Below are positions 40,540 through 49,893 of a stretch of 64,000 nt of DNA, one piece after another. Where the stretch lies: positions 2,720,001 through 2,784,000 of the forward strand of contig OY762911.1 of assembly GCA_963666565.1 (NCBI GenBank), given 5' to 3'. Below the pieces are notes generated by a model. The model made no database searches, was not told the DNA's origin, and worked only from the letters and a program-made list of their open reading frames with translations. Position numbers and translations under genes: made by a program. The DNA is from Thermoanaerobaculia bacterium (GTDB lineage: Bacteria; Acidobacteriota; Thermoanaerobaculia; Multivoradales; Multivoraceae). The stretch's first letter is position 1, and each line of letters begins with the position of its first letter.

Positions 40540-40726
40540 CACCCCCGCAGCCCCGACGGGCTGGACGGCGTCGGTTGGCGGAGACGGGCGCCGACCCAAG
40601 CGGATTGCCGGGTGCGTGGCCCGGTTAGGCGGACTCGCCGGTGTAGAAAGGCGACTGTGCGAAGTGCGGCCTCCGAATCGAGCGGCGCCGACTTCGCGCA
40701 CCGCGCCGCGACGCGATCCGAAGCGC

Positions 40727-42652
40727 CTACTCCGGCGTGTACCAGATCGGCGACGACCAGGCGCGTTCCTGGATCGTCGGCGCCACGTCGTGGCGGGGTT
40801 CGACGCCTTCGCGCAGGGCGTCCCAGGTGGACCAGCGGCAGGTCGGGTTCTCGAGCACGCGCACGTAGTAGAAGGCGCGCTTCGAGGCGTCGAAGTCGGG
40901 GTCGGTCCAGACCGCCTTGAGTTCATCCGCGCCGGAGTCGGCGCTGATCCCGCATGTGGCGAGGTCGACCGTGGCGCCGTTGCCGGGGCAGCGGTTGGTG
41001 GCCGGATCGACCTCGGCGCCGTCGGAGCAGGCGACGTCGTAGACCGTCTCGGCGCCCTCGCCGTCGCTGGACCAGCCCTTGACGACCTGCACGCGGTCGA
41101 GCGGCGCGGCCATCGAGTCGCGCATCGCCCAGACGGCGAAGGTCGGCGCGGCGCCGGCTTCCGCGGGCAGCAGATCGCCGCCCATCGGCACGCCCTCGGC
41201 GTACGCCGTCGTCAGGAAGTCGGGGTCGTCCAGGTCGCCGTCCGCGAAATCGCCGGCGAAGAAGCGGACCTTCATCCGGGGACCGGAGGTGGCGAAGGTC
41301 TCCTTGTTCCGCATGGCGTCGAAGATCGCCTCGCGGGTGTTCTCCTCGGCCCAGACGCCGGCCAGGCCGGAGGCGCCCCAGGTGTAGTAGTAGGTGTCGC
41401 GAAAGGTGCGACCCGAGCCGTCGTCGGTTCGGATCGAGGAGTCCGACTCCTGGGCCGGGTCGCCGGTGCTCTGGTTGACGCCCGTGCCGGGGACCGAGCC
41501 GCGAAGATGCGCTTCGGCGTCGAGAAGGCCGACCTTCGACCAGTAGTCGCTCTCCAGGAAGGCGCCGGCGGAGACGTGCGTGTCGCTGGCGCCGATCAGG
41601 CCGAACTTGTACGGATTCGTCAGGCCGCCGTCGGCGAGCCGGAGGCCCCGGATGAACGCGTCGCGGACGTAGCTTCCTTCCGGTTCGCTGACGATCGTCG
41701 TCGCGATCTTGTAGGGCATGATCTCGAAGTCGGCCCACTCGTCGTTGGGAGAGAGCGCCGGGTGGGTGTCCGAGGTGCCCTTGACCTGGGTCATCTCGAC
41801 GATCGGCTCGTTCCGGGTCCGCACGTCGACGTAGTCCTCGTCGAGGGGATCGCCGTAGAACTTCTCCATCTCGAACATGCGGCCGCCGGAGCCGTTCGGG
41901 TTGTGCGGGATGGCGAGCGCGTCGATGCCCTGCGACCGCCACTCGTCCATCGCGGCCCAGAGGTCCTCGGGGTTCTGGGAGTCGATCCGGCTGAACGGCG
42001 CGTCCGGGGCTTCGGAACCGCGGAAGACCACGTTGCGGTGCAGGTTGTCCCGCTCGTAGCCGGAGGACGTGTACTCGTAGGCGATGAAGGTCGTGAAGTT
42101 GCCGGGGTCGTTGTGCGCCTCGGCCGCCTCGACGATCTTCGACCAGGCGCCCCGCACGACGTCCATGTCGAGGTGTTCGTCCTCGCCCGCGCGGGCGCCC
42201 AGGTAGGGACGCATGCCGACGAAGATGCCGCGGCGCTCGTCCGCCTCCTCGGCGGCGCGCAGGTCGGCGGCGATCGGGTGGTCGTAGGCGGCGGAACCCT
42301 CCTCGGTCATCGCGGGCAGCATGCCGAGGTACATGCCGTGGTCGGTCACGCCCTGGAAGTCGAGCGGCCGGTCGAGTTTCATGTCGAAGCCGGCGGGGTG
42401 CTCGATCGTTCCGCCCTTGGCGAACTCGTAGGCGTCGTTCGGATCGGTCGTCGTGCCGAAGATGAAGGCGTCGAACGAGTAGCGGGTGTGGACGTGCAGG
42501 TCGCCGAAGTAGGCGTTCTTCGTCGGGTTCGGCGCCTCGGCGGTCCCGGCTGCCGGCTCGGCGCCGCCGGGGTCGCCGTCGCCAGGAGCGCAGGCGGCCA
42601 TCGGGAGTACGGAGCACGCGGCCAGCGCCGCGACCGTCGTCAGCTTCTTCAT
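40727..42652 (-). CDS. DUF3604 family (PHP-like metal-binding) lipoprotein
   Basis: YFGDLHVHTRYSFDA, VTDH, NLHRNV, IPHNPNGS, GASDTH, ATSGPR, IQERAWSSPIWY. Confidence 0.88.
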   Translation of the reverse strand: MKKLTTVAALAACSVLPMAACAPGDGDPGGAEPAAGTAEAPNPTKNAYFGDLHVHTRYSFDAFIFGTTTDPNDAYEFAKGGTIEHPAGFDMKLDRPLDFQGVTDHGMYLGMLPAMTEEGSAAYDHPIAADLRAAEEADERRGIFVGMRPYLGARAGEDEHLDMDVVRGAWSKIVEAAEAHNDPGNFTTFIAYEYTSSGYERDNLHRNVVFRGSEAPDAPFSRIDSQNPEDLWAAMDEWRSQGIDALAIPHNPNGSGGRMFEMEKFYGDPLDEDYVDVRTRNEPIVEMTQVKGTSDTHPALSPNDEWADFEIMPYKIATTIVSEPEGSYVRDAFIRGLRLADGGLTNPYKFGLIGASDTHVSAGAFLESDYWSKVGLLDAEAHLRGSVPGTGVNQSTGDPAQESDSSIRTDDGSGRTFRDTYYYTWGASGLAGVWAEENTREAIFDAMRNKETFATSGPRMKVRFFAGDFADGDLDDPDFLTTAYAEGVPMGGDLLPAEAGAAPTFAVWAMRDSMAAPLDRVQVVKGWSSDGEGAETVYDVACSDGAEVDPATNRCPGNGATVDLATCGISADSGADELKAVWTDPDFDASKRAFYYVRVLENPTCRWSTWDALREGVEPRHDVAPTIQERAWSSPIWYTPE

Positions 42653-42767
42653 CGGCTTCTCCTTGAGAGCGTGTCGGGTCAGTCTACTATTGGCCTCTCA
42701 TGGAAGTGGTCGGCAAGAGCGGTATCGGCTTGACGGCGGGCCGGCGCGATGTTCCGGCCGCCCTGTC

Positions 42768-42803
42768 GGTGCGCCGGTCTTCCGACCCGCCGCCGAAGGC
42801 GGC
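42768..42803 (+). repeat. REP-like double-hairpin repeat, copy 4 (degenerate)
   Basis: ggtgcgccggtcttccgacccgccgccgaaggcggc, followed by ccgcgaagcgg. Confidence 0.7.
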
Positions 42804-42845
42804 GAGGACTTCGCACCGCGAAGCGGCGCCCGAGGAGGACTCGTT

Positions 42846-45431
42846 GTGAGGAAACTGACGGACGGACTCGTTCTCGCTGTCGCGGGAGTGCTGGCGGCGG
42901 CGCCGCCGGCCATGGGCTACGAGTTGGAGCCCGCTCTCAGGGCCCGCGTCGACGGCCTGATCGCGGAGGTCGCCGAGTCCCCGACCACCGGCGCCAGCGT
43001 CGCCGAACGGATCCCGGTTCTGTGGGACTGGGCGAACGCCGTTTCGCTGCAGGGCGGGTTCGTGCCGAAGAATCTCCCGCTGGTCGCGTACTTCGTGCCG
43101 TTTCCCCGGCCCGGAGCGGAACCGGCGAGGAACCAGATCGAGGCGGTGGACGACTACGTGCGGCAGCTCGCCTGGCTGGACGAGGACCCGGGCGCGCTCG
43201 GCACGGTGACGCGAACCGGTTCCGATGTCTTCGAGGCCAGGACCTGGGCGACGATCGAGGTCGTCTACACCGTCGGTTCGCTCGGCATGAAGGAGGGCGG
43301 CGGCATCGTCGTTTCCTCGCAGGGCATGGGAGGCTACGGCCGCGCGCAGACGACGGACGCCGCCGCCGACCGGTACGTCTCGGCGCGAGTCAGCCGGCCG
43401 GGCATCCGTCTCGAGCAGGACACGCACCCGATCTGGGGCCCCTACGGCGGCTTCCGCGGACCGGCCGGCTTTCCCATGTTCCGCGTTCGCGGCGGAGATC
43501 TCGAAGCCGGCGACACGATCGCCCTCACCTACGGCGACACGTCGGGCGGCGGGCGCGGTCTCCGGCTCGGCCAGTTCAGCAACGACCGGATCGCGCTGCC
43601 GATTCACGTCGACCCCGGCGATGGCAGGGTCTACGAGATGCCTCCCGCGACGTTCGAGGTCGTGGGCGGCGCGGCGGAGCGGGTCCACGGCTTCGCGCCG
43701 TCGATCGTCGGCACGGGCGAACCGTTCGTCATCTCGGTGCGGGCCGAGGACCGCGCCTACAACCGGGCGACCCGGGGAATTCCGGCCCTCCATGTGCTGC
43801 TCGACGGCGAGCAGGTGGCCGAACTGCCGGCCGGGCAGGCGATCCACCTGGTCGAGCTTGTCGCCGGCGCGGAGGGCGTCCATCGCTACACCTTCCGCAG
43901 CCCGGACGGCGAGGTCACGGGCGCCGCCAATCCAGTCTGGGTGCGGGCGGACCCCGAGCAGCGCCTCTACTGGGGCGAGACGCACGGGCACTCCGGCTTC
44001 GCCGAGGGTCAGGGCACTCCGGAGGGCTACTTCGCGTTCGCCCGCGACGACGCCCGTCTCGACTTCGTCACGATGAGCGAGCACGACATCTGGTTGACGG
44101 ACGGACTCTGGGAAGAGCTGAACGAGGCGGTCCGGAAGTTCCACCGGGAGGGCGAACTGCTGGTCTTCGCCGGCTACGAGTGGACGTCGCCCCGCCAGCG
44201 CGGCGGTCACCACAACGTGTTCTTCCGAAACGTCGGCATGCAGCGGGTGGGCGTGCAGTCGGCGCCGAACCTGTCGGACCTCTATCGCGGCCTGCGCGCC
44301 GAGTACGACACGGACGACGTACTGATCATCCCGCACGCCCATCAGAACGGGGACTGGCGGCAGAACGACTTCCAGATGGAGAACCTGATCGAGATCATGT
44401 CCGGCCACGGCACCTTCGAGTGGTTCGGCAGCCGCTACCTGGAGCAGGGCTTCCGGGTCGGCTTCGTGTCCGCGTCGGACGACCACCTGGGGCACCCGGG
44501 TTACTCGCCGGGTCACCAGGCCGGCGCTTCCGGCCGGCGGTCGAACATCTTCCAGTTCGGCGGTCTGGCGGCCGCCTGGGCGCCGGCGCGCACCACGGAT
44601 GCGGTGTTCGGCGCGCTCAAATCCCGGCACGCCTACGCGACGACCGGCGCACAGCGGATCGTGCTCGACGCTCGCCTGAACGGAGAGCCGATGGGCAGCG
44701 AACTGGACCTGACCGACCGCCGGGCGCTCGAGGGACGGGCGATCGGCACGGGGCCGATCCGGCGGGTCGACCTGATCCGCAGCGGCGAAGTCGCGGCGAC
44801 GTTCGACACGCGCGGCGCCGGCGGGGCGGCGCTGCCGGAGGGCCAGTTCGAGGCCCTGGTCAGCTTCTTCTCGGAAACCTGGGTCGACATCCGGGACAAC
44901 CCGCGCGGGCAGCGGCCGTGGCGGGGCAGCGTGACGGTGGAAGGGGCGAAGCTGGTTGGCGGCCGTCTGACCGGCCCGCCGCTGCCGTCGGATCGCTTCG
45001 CGGTCGACGGCAACGCGGCCAGCTTCGACTTCACGACCCGGGGCTCGCGGCGTTCCTTTGCGCTGGTGCTGGAGGGCGATCCGGCGGCGGTGCGGCTCGA
45101 CCTCGAAATCGAGGCCGCCGTCGAATACGGCACGGCGCCGACCCAGGTGCGCACCCCGCAGCGGTTCGCCGCCGCCGAGTTCACGCTGGCGCTGCCGGCG
45201 GCGCCGGGCACGTCGGCGGGCGCCCGCGGCGGCAACGAGCACGTCTTCCACGAAGGCGACTACCGCGACAGCGTCCGCGCCGACTTCATCGAGGGACTCC
45301 GCGACGACGTGACCTTCCGCTTCACCGACTTCGGCGAAGAGGAGGACTGGTACTACCTCCGCGTCGAGCAGATCGACGGCCACCTCGCCTGGTCGAGCCC
45401 CTGGTGGGTCGGCGGCGAGAAGCCGCGCTAG
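42846..45431 (+). CDS. DUF3604-like / PHP-domain exported protein
   Basis: RBS GAGGAGGA; YWGETHGHS, SEHD, GYEW, GHHNV, IPH, SASDDH, YYLRVEQ...AWSSP. Confidence 0.8.
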   Translation: MRKLTDGLVLAVAGVLAAAPPAMGYELEPALRARVDGLIAEVAESPTTGASVAERIPVLWDWANAVSLQGGFVPKNLPLVAYFVPFPRPGAEPARNQIEAVDDYVRQLAWLDEDPGALGTVTRTGSDVFEARTWATIEVVYTVGSLGMKEGGGIVVSSQGMGGYGRAQTTDAAADRYVSARVSRPGIRLEQDTHPIWGPYGGFRGPAGFPMFRVRGGDLEAGDTIALTYGDTSGGGRGLRLGQFSNDRIALPIHVDPGDGRVYEMPPATFEVVGGAAERVHGFAPSIVGTGEPFVISVRAEDRAYNRATRGIPALHVLLDGEQVAELPAGQAIHLVELVAGAEGVHRYTFRSPDGEVTGAANPVWVRADPEQRLYWGETHGHSGFAEGQGTPEGYFAFARDDARLDFVTMSEHDIWLTDGLWEELNEAVRKFHREGELLVFAGYEWTSPRQRGGHHNVFFRNVGMQRVGVQSAPNLSDLYRGLRAEYDTDDVLIIPHAHQNGDWRQNDFQMENLIEIMSGHGTFEWFGSRYLEQGFRVGFVSASDDHLGHPGYSPGHQAGASGRRSNIFQFGGLAAAWAPARTTDAVFGALKSRHAYATTGAQRIVLDARLNGEPMGSELDLTDRRALEGRAIGTGPIRRVDLIRSGEVAATFDTRGAGGAALPEGQFEALVSFFSETWVDIRDNPRGQRPWRGSVTVEGAKLVGGRLTGPPLPSDRFAVDGNAASFDFTTRGSRRSFALVLEGDPAAVRLDLEIEAAVEYGTAPTQVRTPQRFAAAEFTLALPAAPGTSAGARGGNEHVFHEGDYRDSVRADFIEGLRDDVTFRFTDFGEEEDWYYLRVEQIDGHLAWSSPWWVGGEKPR

Positions 45432-45444
45432 CGCTGGAGGTGGC

Positions 45445-45661
45445 ACCCGCCGGCCCGGGGCCTGAGGGGGAGGGCCCAGCGGACGTTCGCGCTTTCGGAG
45501 TTTGGGGGACGACTGCGCTCACTCCGCTTCACTCGCTCCGGTCGGGCGTCGGTTGGGGGAATGACGTCGGGCGTCGCTCGTTCAGAGGCCGCTGGGACCC
45601 TCCGCCTCAGACCCCGGACCGGCTGCACGTCGTCAGCCCCGGACCGGCTGGACGTCGTCGG
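45445..45661 (-). ncRNA. Candidate structured repeat element / ncRNA, copy B
   Basis: ~34-bp stem 45449-45482 / 45589-45623 around a core nearly matching copy A on the minus strand. Confidence 0.55.
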
Positions 45662-45730
45662 GCGGTCGGACCGAACGCCGGCTGGCACGAACGAGAGGAC
45701 GGAGGTGCTGGTGGGCGATTTGGGACGTTC

Positions 45731-45777
45731 CACACTGGGTGCGCAGGCGTCCTCGCCGGCTGCCGCCGGAGGCGGCC
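45731..45777 (+). repeat. REP-like repeat, copy 5 (left inverted repeat)
   Basis: cacactgggtgcgcaggcgtcctcgccggctgccgccggaggcggcc. Confidence 0.85.
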
Positions 45778-45884
45778 AGTAGACGGGCCGCGAAGCGGCC
45801 ACGATCTCCGCCAGATGGCTCAACGAAACGTGATTCAACCGTAGAGGCTACGTCTTGTCCAAGGAGCCGAGGCGTGGGCAAGGG

Positions 45885-47129
45885 ATGGTTCCGGCGGAGG
45901 CGGCCGGGCTCTACGTCCACATCCCCTTTTGCTCGGCGATCTGTCCCTACTGCGACTTTGCGGTGGCGCGGGGTGGCGAGGCGGATGGGGAGCGGTTTGT
46001 TGATGCCTTGGTTGGAGAGATCGATTCCTTCGGCTGCAGGGGGCGAGAGCGGAATCGGACTGGCGAGGCTGAGAGGTTCGGTACCGGCGGGTTCGACACT
46101 GTGTACTTCGGCGGAGGTACTCCCTCGGCGCTGGGCCTGGAGCAGCTTGGGGCGATTCGGCGGCGATTGGTCGGGACGTTCCTGATCGATCCCGAGGCCG
46201 AGTGGACGATCGAGGTGAACCCGGAGGATGCGTCGCCCGAGGCGCTGTCGGGCTGGCGGGAACTCGGTTTCGACCGGGTCAGTCTGGGCCTGCAGGCGTT
46301 GGACGATCGGGCGTTGCGCTTTCTCGGGCGGCGGCACGATGCGGCGGCGGCGCGTGCGAGCGTCGAAGGGGCACGTGCCGCGGGTTTCCGGTCGGTGTCG
46401 GTCGACCTGATCTACTCGTTGCCCGGATTCGACGGCGGCTGGTGGCTTCGGACGCTGGACGAGGCGGCGGCGCTCGGGCCGGACCACGTCTCCTGCTACG
46501 AACTGACGATCCACGACGGGACGCCGTTCGGCCGGCGGCGGGACGCGGGCAGGCTGCGGGACACCGGCGAAGACGAGCGGGCCGCCAACTTCGTCGCCAC
46601 GCATCGGCGGCTCGCGAAGCTCGGCTACGAGGGCTACGAGGTCTCGAACTTCGCCCGCCGCGTGGCGGACCGGAGCCGCCACAACCGGAAGTACTGGCGG
46701 CACCGGCCCTATCTGGGGCTGGGGCCTTCGTCGCACTCCTTCGCCGGGCGCAGTCGGTGGTGGAACGTGGCTCCGTGGAAGGACTGGAGCGCCGCGGTGG
46801 CGAGCGGTGAATCTCCGGTCGCCGGTCGCGAGGAACTGACCGACGACCAACTGCTGCTGGAAGCGGTGATGATGGGACTCCGCCAGCGATCCGGCATCGA
46901 CTGCGCCGCGCTGGAGCGGCGTTTCGGCATCGATCCGTCCGCCGGCAACGCCGGGCGAATCGAAGCCTGGGAGAAGGCGGGCTGGCTCCGGGTCGTTGGC
47001 CGGCGACTGACGCCGACCCTCGAAGGCATGGCCCGGGCCGATCGCCTTGCGGGGGAGTGGATCCTCCCGGCCGGCGGTAGCCGGCGCCGCCGGAGGCGCG
47101 CGGCCTCGTCGTCGCCCGTGAGCGGGTAG
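45885..47129 (+). CDS. hemW: Radical SAM heme chaperone HemW
   Basis: LYVHIPFCSAICPYCDF, YFGGGTPS, YEVSNFA and the diagnostic HNRKYW. Confidence 0.9.
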   Translation: MVPAEAAGLYVHIPFCSAICPYCDFAVARGGEADGERFVDALVGEIDSFGCRGRERNRTGEAERFGTGGFDTVYFGGGTPSALGLEQLGAIRRRLVGTFLIDPEAEWTIEVNPEDASPEALSGWRELGFDRVSLGLQALDDRALRFLGRRHDAAAARASVEGARAAGFRSVSVDLIYSLPGFDGGWWLRTLDEAAALGPDHVSCYELTIHDGTPFGRRRDAGRLRDTGEDERAANFVATHRRLAKLGYEGYEVSNFARRVADRSRHNRKYWRHRPYLGLGPSSHSFAGRSRWWNVAPWKDWSAAVASGESPVAGREELTDDQLLLEAVMMGLRQRSGIDCAALERRFGIDPSAGNAGRIEAWEKAGWLRVVGRRLTPTLEGMARADRLAGEWILPAGGSRRRRRRAASSSPVSG

Positions 47130-47142
47130 TCTGACCTCGACG

Positions 47143-47676
47143 ATGAGACGCCCGCCCGCAGGAGCGGAGAAGGTGCGCGCCCTGATGCGGCGCCTGGGCG
47201 GTGCGGCCCGCAGTCCCGGGCGGATCTATCTGGTGGGGGGCGCCTCCGCCGTCCTCGTCGGCTGGCGGGAGACGACGATCGATGTCGACCTCAAGCTCGA
47301 TCCGGAGCCGGAGGGCGTCTTCGCCGCGATCGCCGGGGCGAAGGAGGCGCTTCGGGTGAACGTGGAACTCGCGGCGCCCGACGACTTCCTGCCCGCGCTG
47401 CCCGGGTGGCGCGACCGCAGTCCGTTCGTCGCGCGTCACGGGGTTGTCGATTTCTTTCACTACGACTTCCACGCCCAGGCTCTCGCGAAGATCGAACGGG
47501 CCCACGCCCAGGACCTGGCCGACGTGGAGGCGATGCTGGAGCGCGGCCTGGTCACGGCGCCGCGGCTCCTGGATCTGTTTCGACGGATCGAGCCTGAACT
47601 GGAACGCTATCCGGCAGTCGAGCCCAGGTGTCTTCGCCTGAGGGTGCTTCGCTACGCCGGCGAGGACGGGGCATGA
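47143..47676 (+). CDS. DUF6036-like nucleotidyltransferase
   Basis: YLVGGASAVL.GWRETTIDVDL, ALAKIERAHAQDLADV. Confidence 0.75.
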   Translation: MRRPPAGAEKVRALMRRLGGAARSPGRIYLVGGASAVLVGWRETTIDVDLKLDPEPEGVFAAIAGAKEALRVNVELAAPDDFLPALPGWRDRSPFVARHGVVDFFHYDFHAQALAKIERAHAQDLADVEAMLERGLVTAPRLLDLFRRIEPELERYPAVEPRCLRLRVLRYAGEDGA

Positions 47677-48080
47677 CCGGGCCGGAAACGGCTGCGCTCG
47701 ACCGCGTGCCGGCGACGCTCCCGGGCGCGGATCTCGTGGCGGCGGGGATCGAGGCGCTGCGGCGGGGAGAGACGACGGAGGAGGCTCTGCTGGTTCTGAT
47801 CGGCGCCTGGCGGCTCCGCGCCGCCGGTCTGGATGTTCCGGCGGCGCCGGACCTCGAGACGTCGCCCGAGATCGCCCTCTACGGGATGATCGCCGCCAGG
47901 CGCTCGGCCGACGCGCACTCCCGTTACAACGCGCTTGTCCGTCGCCTGGTCAGCTTCGAGCGCGCGTTGGAGAGCCGGCCTTCGGCCGGCGCGTCTTTCC
48001 GGCCGCCTTCGGCGGCAGCCGGCGAGGACGCCGGCGCACCCAGTGTGCGGCCCCGTTCCCCGCGCGACAGCGCAGCCTGA
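47673..48080 (+). CDS. Small hypothetical protein translationally coupled to the nucleotidyltransferase
   Basis: ATGA overlap; LPGADLV..G...AHSRYNALVRRLVSFERAL; the tail runs through a REP copy. Confidence 0.7.
   Translation: MTGPETAALDRVPATLPGADLVAAGIEALRRGETTEEALLVLIGAWRLRAAGLDVPAAPDLETSPEIALYGMIAARRSADAHSRYNALVRRLVSFERALESRPSAGASFRPPSAAAGEDAGAPSVRPRSPRDSAA
48001..48047 (-). repeat. REP-like repeat, copy 6 (right inverted repeat)
   Basis: The reverse complement matches 45731-45777 at 45 of 47 positions. Confidence 0.85.
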
Positions 48081-48095
48081 CGGCTGCGAACACTC

Positions 48096-49757
48096 CTAGC
48101 GGAAGACGGACGCTTCGAGCTCGACGTCGGCGCTCTGCCACGCCTTCGCCAGGCGCTCTTCCACTGCATCCGCTTCCTGCTTCCGGTCCTGCGCGCGCAG
48201 TGCCTCCGCCAGGCCGTACAGGGACCAGCCGTTGTGCGGGTTGTGCTCCAGGTCGCGGCGGTAGGCGGCTTCGGCCTCGGCGGCGCGGCCGGCTTCAAGC
48301 AGGACGGCGCCGAGGGACTGGCGCACGGGGTAGTGGAAGGACGGCGGCTCCGCGTAACGGAGGCTGTCCTGGAGCGCCACGGCCGAGCGCATCTCGGCGA
48401 TCGCCCGCGGCAGCCGGCCCCTGGCCGCCTGGATCTCGCCAGCGAGCAGGTGTTCGGTCAGGCGCACCAGATCGGCGCCTCGGGCGAACGAGATGCGGAG
48501 TTCCGAGAGTTCCGGGCGCCGCCGGAGCTTGCCGAGCGCCTTGAGGTGGCGTCTGGCGCCGCGCGGGTCGCCCGCGGCCGCCGCGGCCAGGCCCTGGGCG
48601 TAGCGCCACATCGCGGTCTGGAAGGTCTGGCCGGCCGGCGGCGCCGGGGTATCGCGGATCTCCTGCCAGCGGCCGAACCGGACGCGGGCGAAAAGCGGCG
48701 TCGCCAGGTAGTTCTGGAGGAAGGCAAGCGTCGAGGCCATCGCGAGCGGTACTTCCGCCGCCAGCCTGTCGGCGGTCTCGATCGCCAGTTCCGAGCGGCC
48801 GCCGAAGGTGGCGGCGGCCCACAGGAAGTGGATGTTGTGGGGGTAGTAGCCGACCGCGTATAGCCCCTGGGCGTTGCATTGCGCGAGGTAGTCGAGGTCG
48901 GCGGCGATCGCGCGCTGGTTCGAGGTCACCGCGTCGTCGTAGCGGCCGACCCGGATGTAGATGTGCGCCGGCATGTGGACCAGGTGGCCGGCGGAGGGCA
49001 TCAGCTTGCCCAGGGCGTCGGCGCTGGGCTCGGCGAGATGGGGTTCGCGCGCCTCCATCAGGTGGATGTAGTAGTGGTGCGCGCCCGGGTGGTCGGGGTG
49101 CGCCGCAATCACCCGCTCCAGCGCTGCCTTCGCCTCGACGGTTCCCGGTTGCGGTTGGCCGCCGCGCCAGTAGTCCCAGGGCATCGTGTTCATGATCGCC
49201 GCGGCGTGCAGCGTCGCCGGTTCCGGGTCGTCCGGGAAGCGCTTCGCGACGGCGGCGATGGCGTCGACCCACGCCGCGTCGAAGGCGGCCCGGTCGGCCT
49301 CTTCTTCGGCGGAGTAGCGGCTCGCGAGCGCCTCGATCAGGGCCTGCTCGCGCTCGTCGCCGTTGGCGCGCCGTTCGCGCGCCAGCTCCAGGCTGGCCAG
49401 CGCCTGCAGCTCGCGCTCCCGCGGCATCGAGTCGTTCAGGTTGCGGCCCAGGGCCAGCGCCTTGCCCCAGTGTGGCATCGGCGCTTCCGGGTCGAGCCGC
49501 GCCGCTTCCTCGAAGGCCCGAATGGCCTCGGCGTGGTTGAACGCGTAGACGAGCCGCAGCCCCTGGTCGAAGAAGCGCTGCGCCGCTTCGGACGAGGTGG
49601 TGATCGGGTAGTGCAGGTCGCCCAGGCCCTCCAGCGTCGGCGCCAGAGGTTGGCCGGCGTCGTTGGCGCTGGCGTCAGCCGGGGAGGCGCTCAGCAGAGC
49701 GGCCGCCCAGGCGGCGGCGAGGATCGCCGGGATGCGTCCCGGTCCGCTGTCTCTCAT
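48096..49757 (-). CDS. Exported TPR-containing protein
   Basis: AQRFFDQGL..YAFNHAEA, HPGAHHYYIHLME, HLVHMPAHIY, NGWSLYGL; signal peptide after ATG 49757. Confidence 0.82.
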   Translation of the reverse strand: MRDSGPGRIPAILAAAWAAALLSASPADASANDAGQPLAPTLEGLGDLHYPITTSSEAAQRFFDQGLRLVYAFNHAEAIRAFEEAARLDPEAPMPHWGKALALGRNLNDSMPRERELQALASLELARERRANGDEREQALIEALASRYSAEEEADRAAFDAAWVDAIAAVAKRFPDDPEPATLHAAAIMNTMPWDYWRGGQPQPGTVEAKAALERVIAAHPDHPGAHHYYIHLMEAREPHLAEPSADALGKLMPSAGHLVHMPAHIYIRVGRYDDAVTSNQRAIAADLDYLAQCNAQGLYAVGYYPHNIHFLWAAATFGGRSELAIETADRLAAEVPLAMASTLAFLQNYLATPLFARVRFGRWQEIRDTPAPPAGQTFQTAMWRYAQGLAAAAAGDPRGARRHLKALGKLRRRPELSELRISFARGADLVRLTEHLLAGEIQAARGRLPRAIAEMRSAVALQDSLRYAEPPSFHYPVRQSLGAVLLEAGRAAEAEAAYRRDLEHNPHNGWSLYGLAEALRAQDRKQEADAVEERLAKAWQSADVELEASVFR

Positions 49758-49893
49758 GCGGTCAGGGTAACAGCGTCGGCGGAGCGGGATTCGCGGCACG
49801 CGCTTGCGGTGCGGCGGGGTCGAGGCCGAACACGGCGCCGGCAATGGTCCGCGAGCGCCGGTCGGCGTTAGCATCGCCCTCGATGGGTGGTCC

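Noticed and set aside
45885-47129. hemN (coproporphyrinogen III oxidase) call
   Set aside because: The HNxxYW motif and short N-terminus indicate HemW.
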